Assembly (NCBI GenBank): GCA_051418015.1
Contig: JBPRGF010000033.1
Coordinates: forward strand, 96,001-160,000
Length of the DNA stretch: 64,000 bases
Direction of reading: 5' to 3'
DNA from: Candidatus Nitrospinota bacterium M3_3B_026
GTDB taxonomy: Bacteria > Nitrospinota_A > UBA7883 > JBPRGF01
Under the pieces are notes generated by a model. That model was not told the origin of the DNA and searched no databases. It worked only from the letters and a program-made list of their open reading frames with translations. Each line of letters opens with the position of its first letter. Position 1 is the first letter of the stretch. Both the position numbers and the translations under genes were made by a program. Positions 10,386-19,578 of the stretch are shown here, piece after piece.

Positions 10386-10565
10386 GCCCGTGGCGCCGGA
10401 GGGCCAAAGGCCGAAGGGGCCCGGCGCGCGCGGGAGGGGGTCTTTTTGAGCCTTCGCGCCGGACAGTGAAAAACGCCATCGCCGTGTTCTTTGCGCCGGA
10501 GGGCGTATGCTATGACTTGCGTTTGCTTTGATCTCCGTCGTGTTCGGCTCCCCTTGCGTCTGCCG

Positions 10566-11567
10566 ATGACGTCGGCGAGGGCGCTTGTCGCCGCGGCGTT
10601 TTTCCTCGCGGCGGCGGCTCCGCCCTTCCAGCCCGCCTCCGCCGCCGCGGCGGATAAACCCGCCTCCCGGGAAGCGGGCGAGAGGCTGGAGGCGCTGGAG
10701 GACAGGATAAGAGAAGATCCGAACGACCTCCAGGCGGTTTTTGAGAAAGCCGTCCTGCTGGCGGGCATGAACAGGATCGAAGAGGCCAAGGCCCTGTACG
10801 AGGGGCTCATAAGCGATTATCCCAACATCCCCGAGCCATACAACAACCTCGCCGCCCTCTACGCCTCCGAGGGAAGGCTTGTCGAAGCCAGGAACCTGCT
10901 GGAGACTGTCACGAACTCCCATCCCAGCCTCGCCGTCGCCCACGAGAACCTCGGCGACGTCTACGCCGCCCTGGCCGTCGCCGAGTACGGCAAGCTAAAG
11001 GAACTCGGCGAGGAGTCGGAGACATCCAGACGGAAACTGAAGGCCATCCTCGGGGTCGCGGAATATATCACTTTTACGGGGGAGCTGGCAGGAAAGGTTG
11101 AGCCGGAGGGGGAAACCGCGCCACCCGAAGAGGCTGGGGAGTCCACGGAGAAGAAGACAGTGGTGGCGGAGCCCGGCCCGCTTGTGATCGTTCCCTTCGA
11201 CCAGACGCCCCCGGAGGAGGATGTGACAATGGTATTGGAAAACTGGGCGAGGGCCTGGACAAAGATGGAGGCGGACCGCTTCCTTTCCTTTTACGGTGAG
11301 GATTACGCGGTCTCCGGCGATACGCCGGAGAACTGGAGGGAAAAGACCCGCCAGAGCATAAAAGGCAGAGAGTGGATCAAGGCGAAGGTCGAGGACATAG
11401 ACATCGAAATGCTCGGGCCGCGCCAGGCGCGCGCCAGCCTTACGCTGAAATTGTCGTCAGACAAGAAGGAGGAGACCGTCGAGAGCAGGAGCCTCACCCT
11501 CGCCAAGATAAAAGGGCGCTGGGTGATAATAGGGGATGAAAAGGAAGCCGTGGCGGCGGAACAATAA
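10566..11567 (+). CDS. Secreted TPR protein with C-terminal NTF2/SnoaL-like domain
   Basis: PEPYNNLAALYA and AHENLGDVY TPRs; C-terminal WARAW...FLSFY...GRWVII pattern. Confidence 0.75.
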   Translation: MTSARALVAAAFFLAAAAPPFQPASAAAADKPASREAGERLEALEDRIREDPNDLQAVFEKAVLLAGMNRIEEAKALYEGLISDYPNIPEPYNNLAALYASEGRLVEARNLLETVTNSHPSLAVAHENLGDVYAALAVAEYGKLKELGEESETSRRKLKAILGVAEYITFTGELAGKVEPEGETAPPEEAGESTEKKTVVAEPGPLVIVPFDQTPPEEDVTMVLENWARAWTKMEADRFLSFYGEDYAVSGDTPENWREKTRQSIKGREWIKAKVEDIDIEMLGPRQARASLTLKLSSDKKEETVESRSLTLAKIKGRWVIIGDEKEAVAAEQ

Positions 11568-11681
11568 AAAAAGTCCCGGGTCTTCGCCCCGCGCGGGCTG
11601 GGAGGTATAATGAAACAGTAAAAAATCCCGCCACGGCGCGGCGGGCAATAAAAATACTTCCATCAGGAGAGGAGAGGGCGC

Positions 11682-12269
11682 ATGGCGGCGGCCGAGAAAC
11701 CCCGCGAAAAGAACATCTCCGGTCTTTTCGGCGCCTTCAACGTCGTCCGCGTTCTTTTCATCGTCATGGCCGTCTCTGTCATAGGGGCGGGCTTTATCGT
11801 CTACAAGCTTGACCGCGATCTCACCAACGGCTACGCTCAGGCCGTCGCGGGCATATCCCACGCCGGAGCCTCGCTCCTGCCAACGATCGCCTATTCCGGC
11901 CTGTTTCAGCTCTTCGCCGCCGTCTCGGGCATATCCCTGGCGGCCATATTCTACTCGCACAAGGTGGTGGGCCCGCTTTACAGGTTCACCTTTGTTTTCA
12001 AGGATACCGGCGACGGGAAAATAAGGGAGAACACGAGGATCAGGAAAACGGACCAGCTCCAGGCCATGACCGTGTCCATCAACGAGATGAAGGCGGGGTT
12101 GCGGGATTTCGTGGACGAGACCAGGGAGAAGGCCGGAAAACTGGAGAAGATGGCGGACTCCCTCGATGGCGCGCCGGAGCCCGAGCGGGCGGCGATGGAT
12201 TTCGAGACAAGAAAAGAAATCGCCTCCCTGGCCAGAAGCGTCGAGAGGCTGAAGCTCGGGAAGCCGTGA
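11682..12269 (+). CDS. 2-TM HAMP-domain membrane protein
   Basis: Strong SD (AGGAGAGG); two TM helices; SHKVVGPLYRF...IRKTDQLQ HAMP-like segment; short coiled coil. Confidence 0.75.
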   Translation: MAAAEKPREKNISGLFGAFNVVRVLFIVMAVSVIGAGFIVYKLDRDLTNGYAQAVAGISHAGASLLPTIAYSGLFQLFAAVSGISLAAIFYSHKVVGPLYRFTFVFKDTGDGKIRENTRIRKTDQLQAMTVSINEMKAGLRDFVDETREKAGKLEKMADSLDGAPEPERAAMDFETRKEIASLARSVERLKLGKP

Positions 12270-13075
12270 TTTTCACTAAAACTAACGCCGCGCGCGCCAT
12301 GATGGCGCTGGCCGCCTTTCTGGCGGTCTCGTTGCTGGCTTACGCAGTCATGAGGCCCGCCACGGGGCACGAGGACGCGGGCGACTGCGGCTCGTGTCAT
12401 CTCAATGATCCTCAAAAGAAGCGCAGCCGTGGTGAGCTGATCTACGTCAAGGACTTTTCGTTCATGTGCGACTCGTGCCACCCCGGCGCGAAGGCGCTCT
12501 CGCATCCCGTGGGTATGCCGGGCATGAAGGGCGCCCCGTCCGTCTTCCCGCTGGACTGGAAGGGGCAGATGACCTGCGTGACCTGTCACTTCTTCCACGA
12601 TGACGAGAACCCGTACTATCTCAGGGTGAACAAGATCCGCAAGGAGCTTTGCCTGATGTGCCACGACATGGAGTTTTTCTACGGCATGAAGGACCGCGGC
12701 GAAGCCCTCAGCGGCGCGCACCTGGAGGCGAGGGCGGCGGAGCCGAAACGGTTCGACATCGTCGACGAGGTCTCCATAGCATGCCTCTCCTGCCACGACG
12801 GGACGGTTTCCGTGGACATGGTGCGGACGCTGAATTCCGGCGGCGGATACGTGAGCCATATGAAGGGCGCGTCGCACCCGATAGGGGCGGACTATGAGGC
12901 CAAAGCCGGGGGGGACGATTCCTACACGCCCGTGTCTCAGCTCCCGCCGGAGATACACCTTCCCGGGGGCAAGCTCGGATGCGTCTCCTGCCACGCGCCA
13001 TACAGGGAAAAGCACGGGTCCATCGTGGTGAAGGGCAGGGTTACCGGTCTGTGCCTGATCTGCCACAGGAAATGA
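12266..13075 (+). CDS. Heptaheme cytochrome c (doubled-CxxCH family)
   Basis: 7 CxxCH: CGSCH, CDSCH, CVTCH, CLMCH, CLSCH, CVSCH, CLICH; SHP motifs; N-terminal signal/anchor. Confidence 0.92.
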   Translation: MIFTKTNAARAMMALAAFLAVSLLAYAVMRPATGHEDAGDCGSCHLNDPQKKRSRGELIYVKDFSFMCDSCHPGAKALSHPVGMPGMKGAPSVFPLDWKGQMTCVTCHFFHDDENPYYLRVNKIRKELCLMCHDMEFFYGMKDRGEALSGAHLEARAAEPKRFDIVDEVSIACLSCHDGTVSVDMVRTLNSGGGYVSHMKGASHPIGADYEAKAGGDDSYTPVSQLPPEIHLPGGKLGCVSCHAPYREKHGSIVVKGRVTGLCLICHRK

Positions 13076-13090
13076 AAGGACTCTGTCGGT

Positions 13091-13402
13091 ATGAGAAATA
13101 ACGGCCCGCAAAAAAGATCAGTCCACAGGACGCCGGCTGTCCTCGCGGTGGCCTTCGCGCTGGCGTTGGCGGCGTCCGTGGCGGCGGGGAGCGAGTCCCA
13201 CCCCGTGGGGGTGAGCTACCGGCAGGCGGTGGAAAAGGACCCGTCGTCATACAACCCGCCGGAGAGCCTGCCTGCCAGGCTTCATCTTCCCGGCGGCCTG
13301 GTGGGGTGTATAACGTGCCATACGGAGCGGGGGATGGATACCGGGGAACTTGTTATGGGAAATGAAAAAAGCCAGCTGTGCGCCGCGTGCCACAGGAAAT
13401 GA
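13091..13402 (+). CDS. Small diheme cytochrome c (doubled-CxxCH)
   Basis: Signal peptide, SHPVG, CITCH, CAACH. Confidence 0.88.
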   Translation: MRNNGPQKRSVHRTPAVLAVAFALALAASVAAGSESHPVGVSYRQAVEKDPSSYNPPESLPARLHLPGGLVGCITCHTERGMDTGELVMGNEKSQLCAACHRK

Positions 13403-13417
13403 AGGTGGTATGAGCCT

Positions 13418-13999
13418 ATGAGCGCGAAGGAGGCAGAACGGACATCGAGGCCGCCTTTCATGAGGCGCAAGTTCCTGATCCACAAGCCGGCGCAGCTCAA
13501 GCTGGTGGCGGCGCTGGCCGCCTCCGCGGCGGTGGTGAACGTGACGTCGCTGACCCTGTTGTATAACCTCTTGCGGCGGGAGATCGAGAACGCGATGTTC
13601 TCATCCCACATCAAGCTCAGGACGCTGGGGGAGCTTATTACCCCGATCGTGTTTCGGGTGAACACGTGGGCCGTTGTGGCCATCATGGCCGTCTCGGCCG
13701 CGATCATCGCCTGGGTGGTCTTCAGGATGAACAGGTCCCTGCGCCTTCTGCGGCGGGACATGGGCAGGATCGGAGCGCTCTATCTCGTCGAGGCGGGCCG
13801 GTTTGAAAGAGGCGAGGCGATAAGGAACATGATGGAAGAGTTCGACAGCATGGTCGGATCGCTCAACGAGAGTTTTTCGGAGGTCGCTTCCGCCTCGGGG
13901 CGCCTTTCGGAGATCGCCGGAAGGGAGGGAAGGATAGACCCCGCCGCTGTTAAGGAGGAGGTTCTGAGAATCAGGACGGCGCTGGAGAAGTTCGACTGA
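13418..13999 (+). CDS. 2-TM membrane protein with degenerate HAMP/coiled coil
   Basis: RRKFLI..PAQ N-terminal motif, two TM helices, heptad-rich C-terminus. Confidence 0.7.
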   Translation: MSAKEAERTSRPPFMRRKFLIHKPAQLKLVAALAASAAVVNVTSLTLLYNLLRREIENAMFSSHIKLRTLGELITPIVFRVNTWAVVAIMAVSAAIIAWVVFRMNRSLRLLRRDMGRIGALYLVEAGRFERGEAIRNMMEEFDSMVGSLNESFSEVASASGRLSEIAGREGRIDPAAVKEEVLRIRTALEKFD

Positions 14000-14020
14000 C
14001 ACCCCGGCGGGCGCGTCTTC

Positions 14021-14362
14021 TCAGCACGTAAGGTGAAATGCCCCCACCACCTTCCTCGATCCCGACAGCAGCCGGTTGAACTCCGCGCAGGCGTCCTTTG
14101 TTTTCCTCGCGATAACCTTTATACCCCTGGATTCGAGCAGGGCCTTTGTCTTTTCGCCCACCTTCATCCCTCCGGAGTAGCCCGTTCCCACCACCAGCGT
14201 CTCCGGCTTGTAGTCCAGGACGCCTCCGAGGTCCTCCATGGCCAGGCTGTGCCCGTCTTTTCTGCGCCAGTTCCCCTGCACCCTGTCCGGGAAAACTATG
14301 ACGTCGGCGGTGTGCTCCTGCCCATCAATGATGATTTTCCCGAAACCGTAGGATTCGATCAT
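14021..14362 (-). CDS. Mth938-like (DUF498) protein
   Basis: IESYGFGKIIIDG, LVVGTG, GAFHLTC; AAGGAG SD before ATG 14362. Confidence 0.85.
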   Translation of the reverse strand: MIESYGFGKIIIDGQEHTADVIVFPDRVQGNWRRKDGHSLAMEDLGGVLDYKPETLVVGTGYSGGMKVGEKTKALLESRGIKVIARKTKDACAEFNRLLSGSRKVVGAFHLTC

Positions 14363-14373
14363 GCGAAGCTCCT

Positions 14374-15027
14374 TCATGGTTGACGCCGCCATTGCCCCGC
14401 GGCCTTGTGCGCGGCCCGGATCGGCTCCGGGAGACGGAAGCCTTTTGCCGCCCGCAGCGTGAGGCGGACGGCGGCGCCAAGGTCCACCCTGTGTCCCACC
14501 GACACGAAAACAGGTTTCACGCCCTCTCTGGTCCGCAGAACGGCGCCAATCGTCTCTCCGTTATATTTTAGCGCCGTTTTGCATCCCCGCCGCCTTCCCG
14601 GTTCGCGGTACTCCCCGACGAGGCGTGATTTGGCGCATCCTATAGTGGGCAGGTCAAGCTCCACCCCCAGGTGGCAGGCCAACCCGAACCGCCTGGGATG
14701 GGCAAGACCCTGCCCATCGACGATTATGATATCCGGCCTCGCCTCAAGCTTTTCGAAAGCCTCCATGATGACGGGGACCTCCCGAAAACCCAGAAGACCC
14801 GGGATGTACGGAAACTCCACCGGGCTCTCGGCGGCCGCCTCTTCGATCGGCGCCATGCCGGGAAAGGAGAGCATCACCACGGCCGCGCGGGCGGCGGCGC
14901 CTCTCACGCTCACGTCCACTCCGGCGATTGTCTCCACTTTTCCGAAAGTGGCCGCCGTTATCACGCGGCGGCTGAGCTTCTTTTGTATCTTCACCGCCTC
15001 AGCGGGCGTGAGTTTTTCTGATCTCAT
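14374..15027 (-). CDS. nfi: Endonuclease V
   Basis: AGVDVS, FPYIPGLLGFRE, VDGQGLAHPRRFGLACHLG, RLPEPIRAAH. Confidence 0.95.
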   Translation of the reverse strand: MRSEKLTPAEAVKIQKKLSRRVITAATFGKVETIAGVDVSVRGAAARAAVVMLSFPGMAPIEEAAAESPVEFPYIPGLLGFREVPVIMEAFEKLEARPDIIIVDGQGLAHPRRFGLACHLGVELDLPTIGCAKSRLVGEYREPGRRRGCKTALKYNGETIGAVLRTREGVKPVFVSVGHRVDLGAAVRLTLRAAKGFRLPEPIRAAHKAAGQWRRQP

Positions 15028-16474
15028 ACAACCTGAGCGTTTTTTCGATGGGGTCGCCCCGCCTCGCCGCAAAAACCGCGACCGGGTGGGCGGAGCCCAT
15101 TTTCAGGCCGCCGATGTCGTCCAGGACGAACTCTCGCCGGAAACGGGGCCATGCGCTTTTGACGGTGTTTTCCAGTCCGTCCGCGTTTTCGACGCTGACG
15201 ACAGGCGCTCCGGCCCGATACAGGTCGAAAAGCCGCTCCGACGAGCCCATGTAGAATACGGCGTCCCGGCCCCGCGTGTCCACCCATTCGAACAGCCTGG
15301 CCGAGGGCGGCTCCTGTGTTGTCCGCGCCGTGTAGTCCACCCCGAGGGCTAGCCACATTCCCGCGGCGAGGAGCGCGGCCGTGCCGGGGCGCCGCCTTGC
15401 GAGGGGAGCGAAGAGCATCACCGCCGCAAAGACGAGCGGGAGGAAATGCCGCGCCTTCTCCACGTTCTGCCCCACCGCCGCCCAGGCAAGGTAAAAGAGC
15501 GACGCGGCGGCGAAAAACCTCGTGGAATCGGGATATTCGTTTCTGTCTCTCCACGCGAGGGCCGCTGCCGACAAGGCGGCGATCATCCACGGGAGGCGGA
15601 GGGCCAGGCTTCCGTTCCCCGTATACCCAAAGACCTCAAGGAGCCTTTCGCCAAGCGCGTGGATGCGCCCCTCGGCGCCGTTGACCGACGTCGCCGCCCC
15701 GCCCCACGTTGTGAAATGCCCGGCGACGTGAGCCAGCCCGGCCTCGAAAAATCCGCCGGGGCCGGTTATCAGAAGCTGCGGCGCAAGCCAGGCGAAGACC
15801 CCGCCCGAAAGACCCGCTATGAAAAACCGGGCTCCGCCATGGCGCCAGGCGAACACGCCGCCCGCCATTGCGTAAGGCCACCATGAAAGCCGGACGCCGA
15901 GGGTAAGGCCGAGCGCAAGGCCGAAGGCGCTCCACCGGCCCCGGCCGTTTTTTCCCGCTTCGCCCCCGAGGGTGAAAGCCGCCGCCAGCAAAAGAGCGCC
16001 GCCGAAAGCCTCTGTGTAAATCTTGTGCGACAGCTCGAAAAATACAGGGTTCGCCGCAAGTGAGAGGGCCAGCGCCGCCGCGCCGAGCCGCGCCCCGGCC
16101 ATGAGGAAAACAAGCGCCAGCGCCGCCGCGCCGGAGATTATGGACAGCGCTGCAAGCGCCGCCTCGGGCGAGGCCGTGAGCCTGTTCAGGAGCTTGCCCG
16201 CGGCCATGTATACGGGATAGCCGGGGAAATGGGGCTGGTGGAAGGCGACATCGTAATCGGCCACGCCAAGGACGAGGTTCACCCCGTCCTGTCCGCCGGG
16301 CCAGGGGGAGGCGGTGTAAAACGACACCGATACGAAAACGAATAGAGGAGGCAGGATGTAAAGAAGCTGGGGTTTGTCCGTCTTTTCGCTTCCTTTCTCT
16401 CCGCGGGCCGGCCGGCGCGGGTCAGACCGCCACGGAACCCGCCTCGATGACGCCTTCTCCGCCGCCAGGCTCAT
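14999..16474 (-). CDS. Multi-TM glycosyltransferase-like (GT-C/ArnT-like) membrane protein; start uncertain
   Basis: About 10 hydrophobic segments; D..N...G...YDV..HQPHFPGYPVY first-loop motif; RHFLP. Confidence 0.6.
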   Translation of the reverse strand: MSLAAEKASSRRVPWRSDPRRPARGEKGSEKTDKPQLLYILPPLFVFVSVSFYTASPWPGGQDGVNLVLGVADYDVAFHQPHFPGYPVYMAAGKLLNRLTASPEAALAALSIISGAAALALVFLMAGARLGAAALALSLAANPVFFELSHKIYTEAFGGALLLAAAFTLGGEAGKNGRGRWSAFGLALGLTLGVRLSWWPYAMAGGVFAWRHGGARFFIAGLSGGVFAWLAPQLLITGPGGFFEAGLAHVAGHFTTWGGAATSVNGAEGRIHALGERLLEVFGYTGNGSLALRLPWMIAALSAAALAWRDRNEYPDSTRFFAAASLFYLAWAAVGQNVEKARHFLPLVFAAVMLFAPLARRRPGTAALLAAGMWLALGVDYTARTTQEPPSARLFEWVDTRGRDAVFYMGSSERLFDLYRAGAPVVSVENADGLENTVKSAWPRFRREFVLDDIGGLKMGSAHPVAVFAARRGDPIEKTLRLYEIRKTHAR

Positions 16475-17813
16475 CCGTCTCCTCCTCTTCGCCTAAGGCG
16501 CGCCGCGCCAGGCGGCGGCCCATCGTCATCGCCTCGTCCATGAATATATAGCGAAAAAACCCCTGCCGCCCCAGCGTGTCGAGGTTTTTCATCCTCCGGA
16601 CGGCGCCGAGGAGGCTCTCCACCCGCTCTTTGTATCCAAGCTCGTACCTGGGATAAGCGTTTTCGGCGTATGTCGAGAAAAAGCCCGTCACATGCCAGGC
16701 CATGTCGAGACCAAGTTTTTTCAGGTCCTTCAGCGCGATATCGAGCAGCGCCTCATCCGGCATGGACCACGTCTTGTCCCCTGCCTGGCATGGTATCTCC
16801 AGCATGACGGAGGTCCGCCCCGGTGGGGCGCTCTCCGGGCTCCTGCGCTTGGGCTCCTGCACGCGGGTCATGATAACGTCCGGCTCCGGCGTGTACATCC
16901 ACGTGTTGGGGGAGAGGTCCTCGACGCCGGAGAGGGTGACGTTCAAAAATCGCAGGGCGCGCCAGGGGAGGGCGGGCGCGCCGGGGTCTATCATGGAGGC
17001 GAGCCTGTCCAGCGGGATGGTCGAGAGAACATTCCGGGCGCCGAAGGGCTCCATCGCGCCGTCCTTGTGGCGGATCACGACCTCCTCGATCCGTCCATCG
17101 CGCGTTTTAAGCGACACGGCCTCCGCACAGGTCACGACCCGCCCGCCGAGCCTTTCGATCTCGCCCGCCATTATCTCGAATATCTCGCCTATGCCGCCCC
17201 TGGGATAGAGGTACTTGGCGGCGTAGGTCCTCGGCCTTTTCCCGGAGATTTTAAGCGCCTTGAGGACGGCGTCTTTCGCGTTGAGCAGGGATATCCTCCT
17301 GCCCGCCCAGTCCGCGGAGAGGCGCGAGGCGGGGATGCCCCACAGCTTCTCCGTGTACGGCTTGAAGAATAACTCGTTCAGCGGTCTGCCGAACCGGCGG
17401 TCTATCCACGCCTCGAACGACTCTTCCGGCGCGGGGGAGTGATACAACCCTGTGGCGGAGGCGAGGTAGCCCGCGGCGAACCTTGCGCTCATCCACGGGC
17501 CGGACTTGGAGAGGACATCCCCGATGTTTATCGGGTAGCAGTACTCCCTGTCGGCGAAGCGTATGACGCTTTTGCGGTCGCGGACGAGCAGCCGATCGCC
17601 CATGAGCGCCTTCACGTCCTCCACCAGCCGCCGGTCGGCGGAGATGAAGCGATGGCCGCCAAGGTCGAACTGGTATCCTCCGCGCTTTATCGTTTTGCAA
17701 AGGCCGCCGACGGCGCTGTCTTTTTCAACGACCGTGGCGTGGACGCCTCTTCTCAAAAACTCCCACGCCGCCGTCAGCCCGCAGGGGCCCGCGCCAAGGA
17801 TCAGGACGCTCAT
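16422..17813 (-). CDS. FAD-dependent oxidoreductase (protoporphyrinogen oxidase / UDP-galactopyranose mutase-like)
   Basis: ILGAGPCGL, VGGLCKT, FDLGGHRF, YTEKLWG, GRQGFFRY..MD. Confidence 0.85.
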   Translation of the reverse strand: MSVLILGAGPCGLTAAWEFLRRGVHATVVEKDSAVGGLCKTIKRGGYQFDLGGHRFISADRRLVEDVKALMGDRLLVRDRKSVIRFADREYCYPINIGDVLSKSGPWMSARFAAGYLASATGLYHSPAPEESFEAWIDRRFGRPLNELFFKPYTEKLWGIPASRLSADWAGRRISLLNAKDAVLKALKISGKRPRTYAAKYLYPRGGIGEIFEIMAGEIERLGGRVVTCAEAVSLKTRDGRIEEVVIRHKDGAMEPFGARNVLSTIPLDRLASMIDPGAPALPWRALRFLNVTLSGVEDLSPNTWMYTPEPDVIMTRVQEPKRRSPESAPPGRTSVMLEIPCQAGDKTWSMPDEALLDIALKDLKKLGLDMAWHVTGFFSTYAENAYPRYELGYKERVESLLGAVRRMKNLDTLGRQGFFRYIFMDEAMTMGRRLARRALGEEEETDEPGGGEGVIEAGSVAV

Positions 17814-17820
17814 GGCCGCC

Positions 17821-18897
17821 TTACCAATGGGCCACCACCTGGACGGCGGCGGCGTTGTTGTCTATTTCCTCCCCCTCCTCGGTGTTCCACTGGTACTCCG
17901 CCTTCACCTGGACGTTTTCGAGAGCATGCCACACGACCCCCGCGGAGGTCTCCGTCCTCTTGTTGTCCTGGGCCTCCTTGTCGTTGTCATATTCCCCGTA
18001 GCGGGCGACGATCTCCACGCCGCCTATGACCATGGAGCTTGCCTGGACATAGAAACCCTCCACGTCCCTGTCCTCCCCCTCCACGGCGGAGGCGGCCTTG
18101 TCGGCGCCGGCTGTGTACTCGGCGATCAGGACCGGCGCCCAGGTTGCGCCGAAAATCCTGTCGGAGTCCATTCTAATATGCGCGCCGTAGCGGGTCGACT
18201 CGTTCTCGGAGTTTTCGTCCCATTCTCCCGTGACGATGGAGAACCCCGCGTTGAGCCCCTCCACGATGCCGTCGATCATCAGCCGCGCCCCGGCGCTCTT
18301 GGAGTCGTTGCCGCCGGACTTGTTGTCGCGGGAGATGCCGCCGCCATAGGCGTCGCCGTTTACGTAGTAGAGATCCGCCTGGCCGAAGCCTGAGAAGACC
18401 TGGTTTATCCCCACGCCGACGTCCGACCATGTGCCGGGGATGATCCCGCCGCTCTTGAACGCCTTCGGGCGGGTGACGAGCTTGTTCTTGTGTCCGGGGT
18501 AGCTGAGATACTCTATCCCGAAGGGGACATAGAAGGCGCCCATGTAGAGCGTGGTCTTGTCGATCGGGGTCAGGCGCAGCTGGGCGGAATCTAGCTTGAT
18601 CTCTCCGGAGCCCAGGCCCGGGGCGTGCTCGTACTCGATTTCGGACGACAGGAACGCCTTGTCGCTTAGTTTTATGCCCATCCATACGGTTATCTTGTGG
18701 GCGTCGAAGGTTGTGTTCGCGTCTTCCGCGTCCCAGTACTCGAACTCGTAGTAGCCGTGCCACTGGACCTTTTCGTCCGTCGGCGGCGCCACGAGGGAGA
18801 CGTCGAAGGCCGGCTCCTGCGCGTTCGCGCCGCCTGTGAGGAAGGCGGCGGCTGATATGAATATGAATGTCATTCTCATCATGCTATTGCGAATCAT
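17821..18897 (-). CDS. Outer-membrane beta-barrel porin-like protein
   Basis: AGGAGG SD, signal peptide, amphipathic beta strands, EIEYEHA and FYVPFG motifs, C-terminal Trp. Confidence 0.75.
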   Translation of the reverse strand: MIRNSMMRMTFIFISAAAFLTGGANAQEPAFDVSLVAPPTDEKVQWHGYYEFEYWDAEDANTTFDAHKITVWMGIKLSDKAFLSSEIEYEHAPGLGSGEIKLDSAQLRLTPIDKTTLYMGAFYVPFGIEYLSYPGHKNKLVTRPKAFKSGGIIPGTWSDVGVGINQVFSGFGQADLYYVNGDAYGGGISRDNKSGGNDSKSAGARLMIDGIVEGLNAGFSIVTGEWDENSENESTRYGAHIRMDSDRIFGATWAPVLIAEYTAGADKAASAVEGEDRDVEGFYVQASSMVIGGVEIVARYGEYDNDKEAQDNKRTETSAGVVWHALENVQVKAEYQWNTEEGEEIDNNAAAVQVVAHW

Positions 18898-18960
18898 CTT
18901 TCCTCCTGTCAGTGAATAACGTTTAAAAGAGAATCCCAAGCGTCCCCGGCGCGGCGGCCT

Positions 18961-19578
18961 TCACCGCTTGAAGCCGGGGAACGATTTTTCGATCAGCCCC
19001 TCTATTTTTTCGACCGCCTCCTTGTAGGCGGCAGGGTCCGGCGGCCTCGCCCCGACGCCGAAAAGGCCGGGGTTTCCGAGCGCCGCGAGGGCCTTGTCGA
19101 ACCTCTCGAGTATCGCTGCGCTCCGGGCCGGGTCCTGTTTCTTCACGTTGGCGTCGAGTGTGTCCATATAGCTTGTGCGCGCCATTTGCAGCCTGGCCCG
19201 CAGGCTTTTATGGTTTGTGAAGCCCTCCTTGACGTTCCGGTGAAGTTTTTCTCTTATCGAAAGATAAACGAGATTCGCAAAAAGCTCCGCTGTTTTCTCG
19301 ACGCTCCTGCTTTCGATGGCCTTGTCGAAGCGCGGCCTTAGAAAATCCGCCTCGAAGATATGCCCTTTCTGGAGGGCGATCCCCTCGTTTACGTTCTTTT
19401 CGACAACGCCCCAGTCTCCCCCCCTTGCCGCCGCGACGGTGTTCTTGAACAGCGCGGCCATCGGGTCTTCCTTCTGGGCGTATGAATAGCCGAGGGCAGG
19501 GGAGGCGGAAAGAGACCCCATCACCAGGACGGCGTATACGGCCGCGAAGATCAGCCCGTCCATCAGCGAGTTACGCAT
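18961..19578 (-). CDS. Periplasmic helical protein of unknown function
   Basis: Signal peptide then YSYA..EDP; C-terminal LGNPGLFGVG; start overlaps the FTR1 stop. Confidence 0.7.
   Translation of the reverse strand: MRNSLMDGLIFAAVYAVLVMGSLSASPALGYSYAQKEDPMAALFKNTVAAARGGDWGVVEKNVNEGIALQKGHIFEADFLRPRFDKAIESRSVEKTAELFANLVYLSIREKLHRNVKEGFTNHKSLRARLQMARTSYMDTLDANVKKQDPARSAAILERFDKALAALGNPGLFGVGARPPDPAAYKEAVEKIEGLIEKSFPGFKR

Noticed and set aside
8088..10943. 951-aa minus-strand ORF
   Set aside because: Antisense shadow of the propeller and TPR genes; no motifs; expected in GC-rich DNA with biased codon usage.
13073..13091. In-frame TGA between the heptaheme and diheme genes (readthrough or selenocysteine)
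   Set aside because: The downstream gene has its own SD-like AAGGA and signal peptide, CHRK-stop is a normal end for this family, and no SECIS-like hairpin was recognised.
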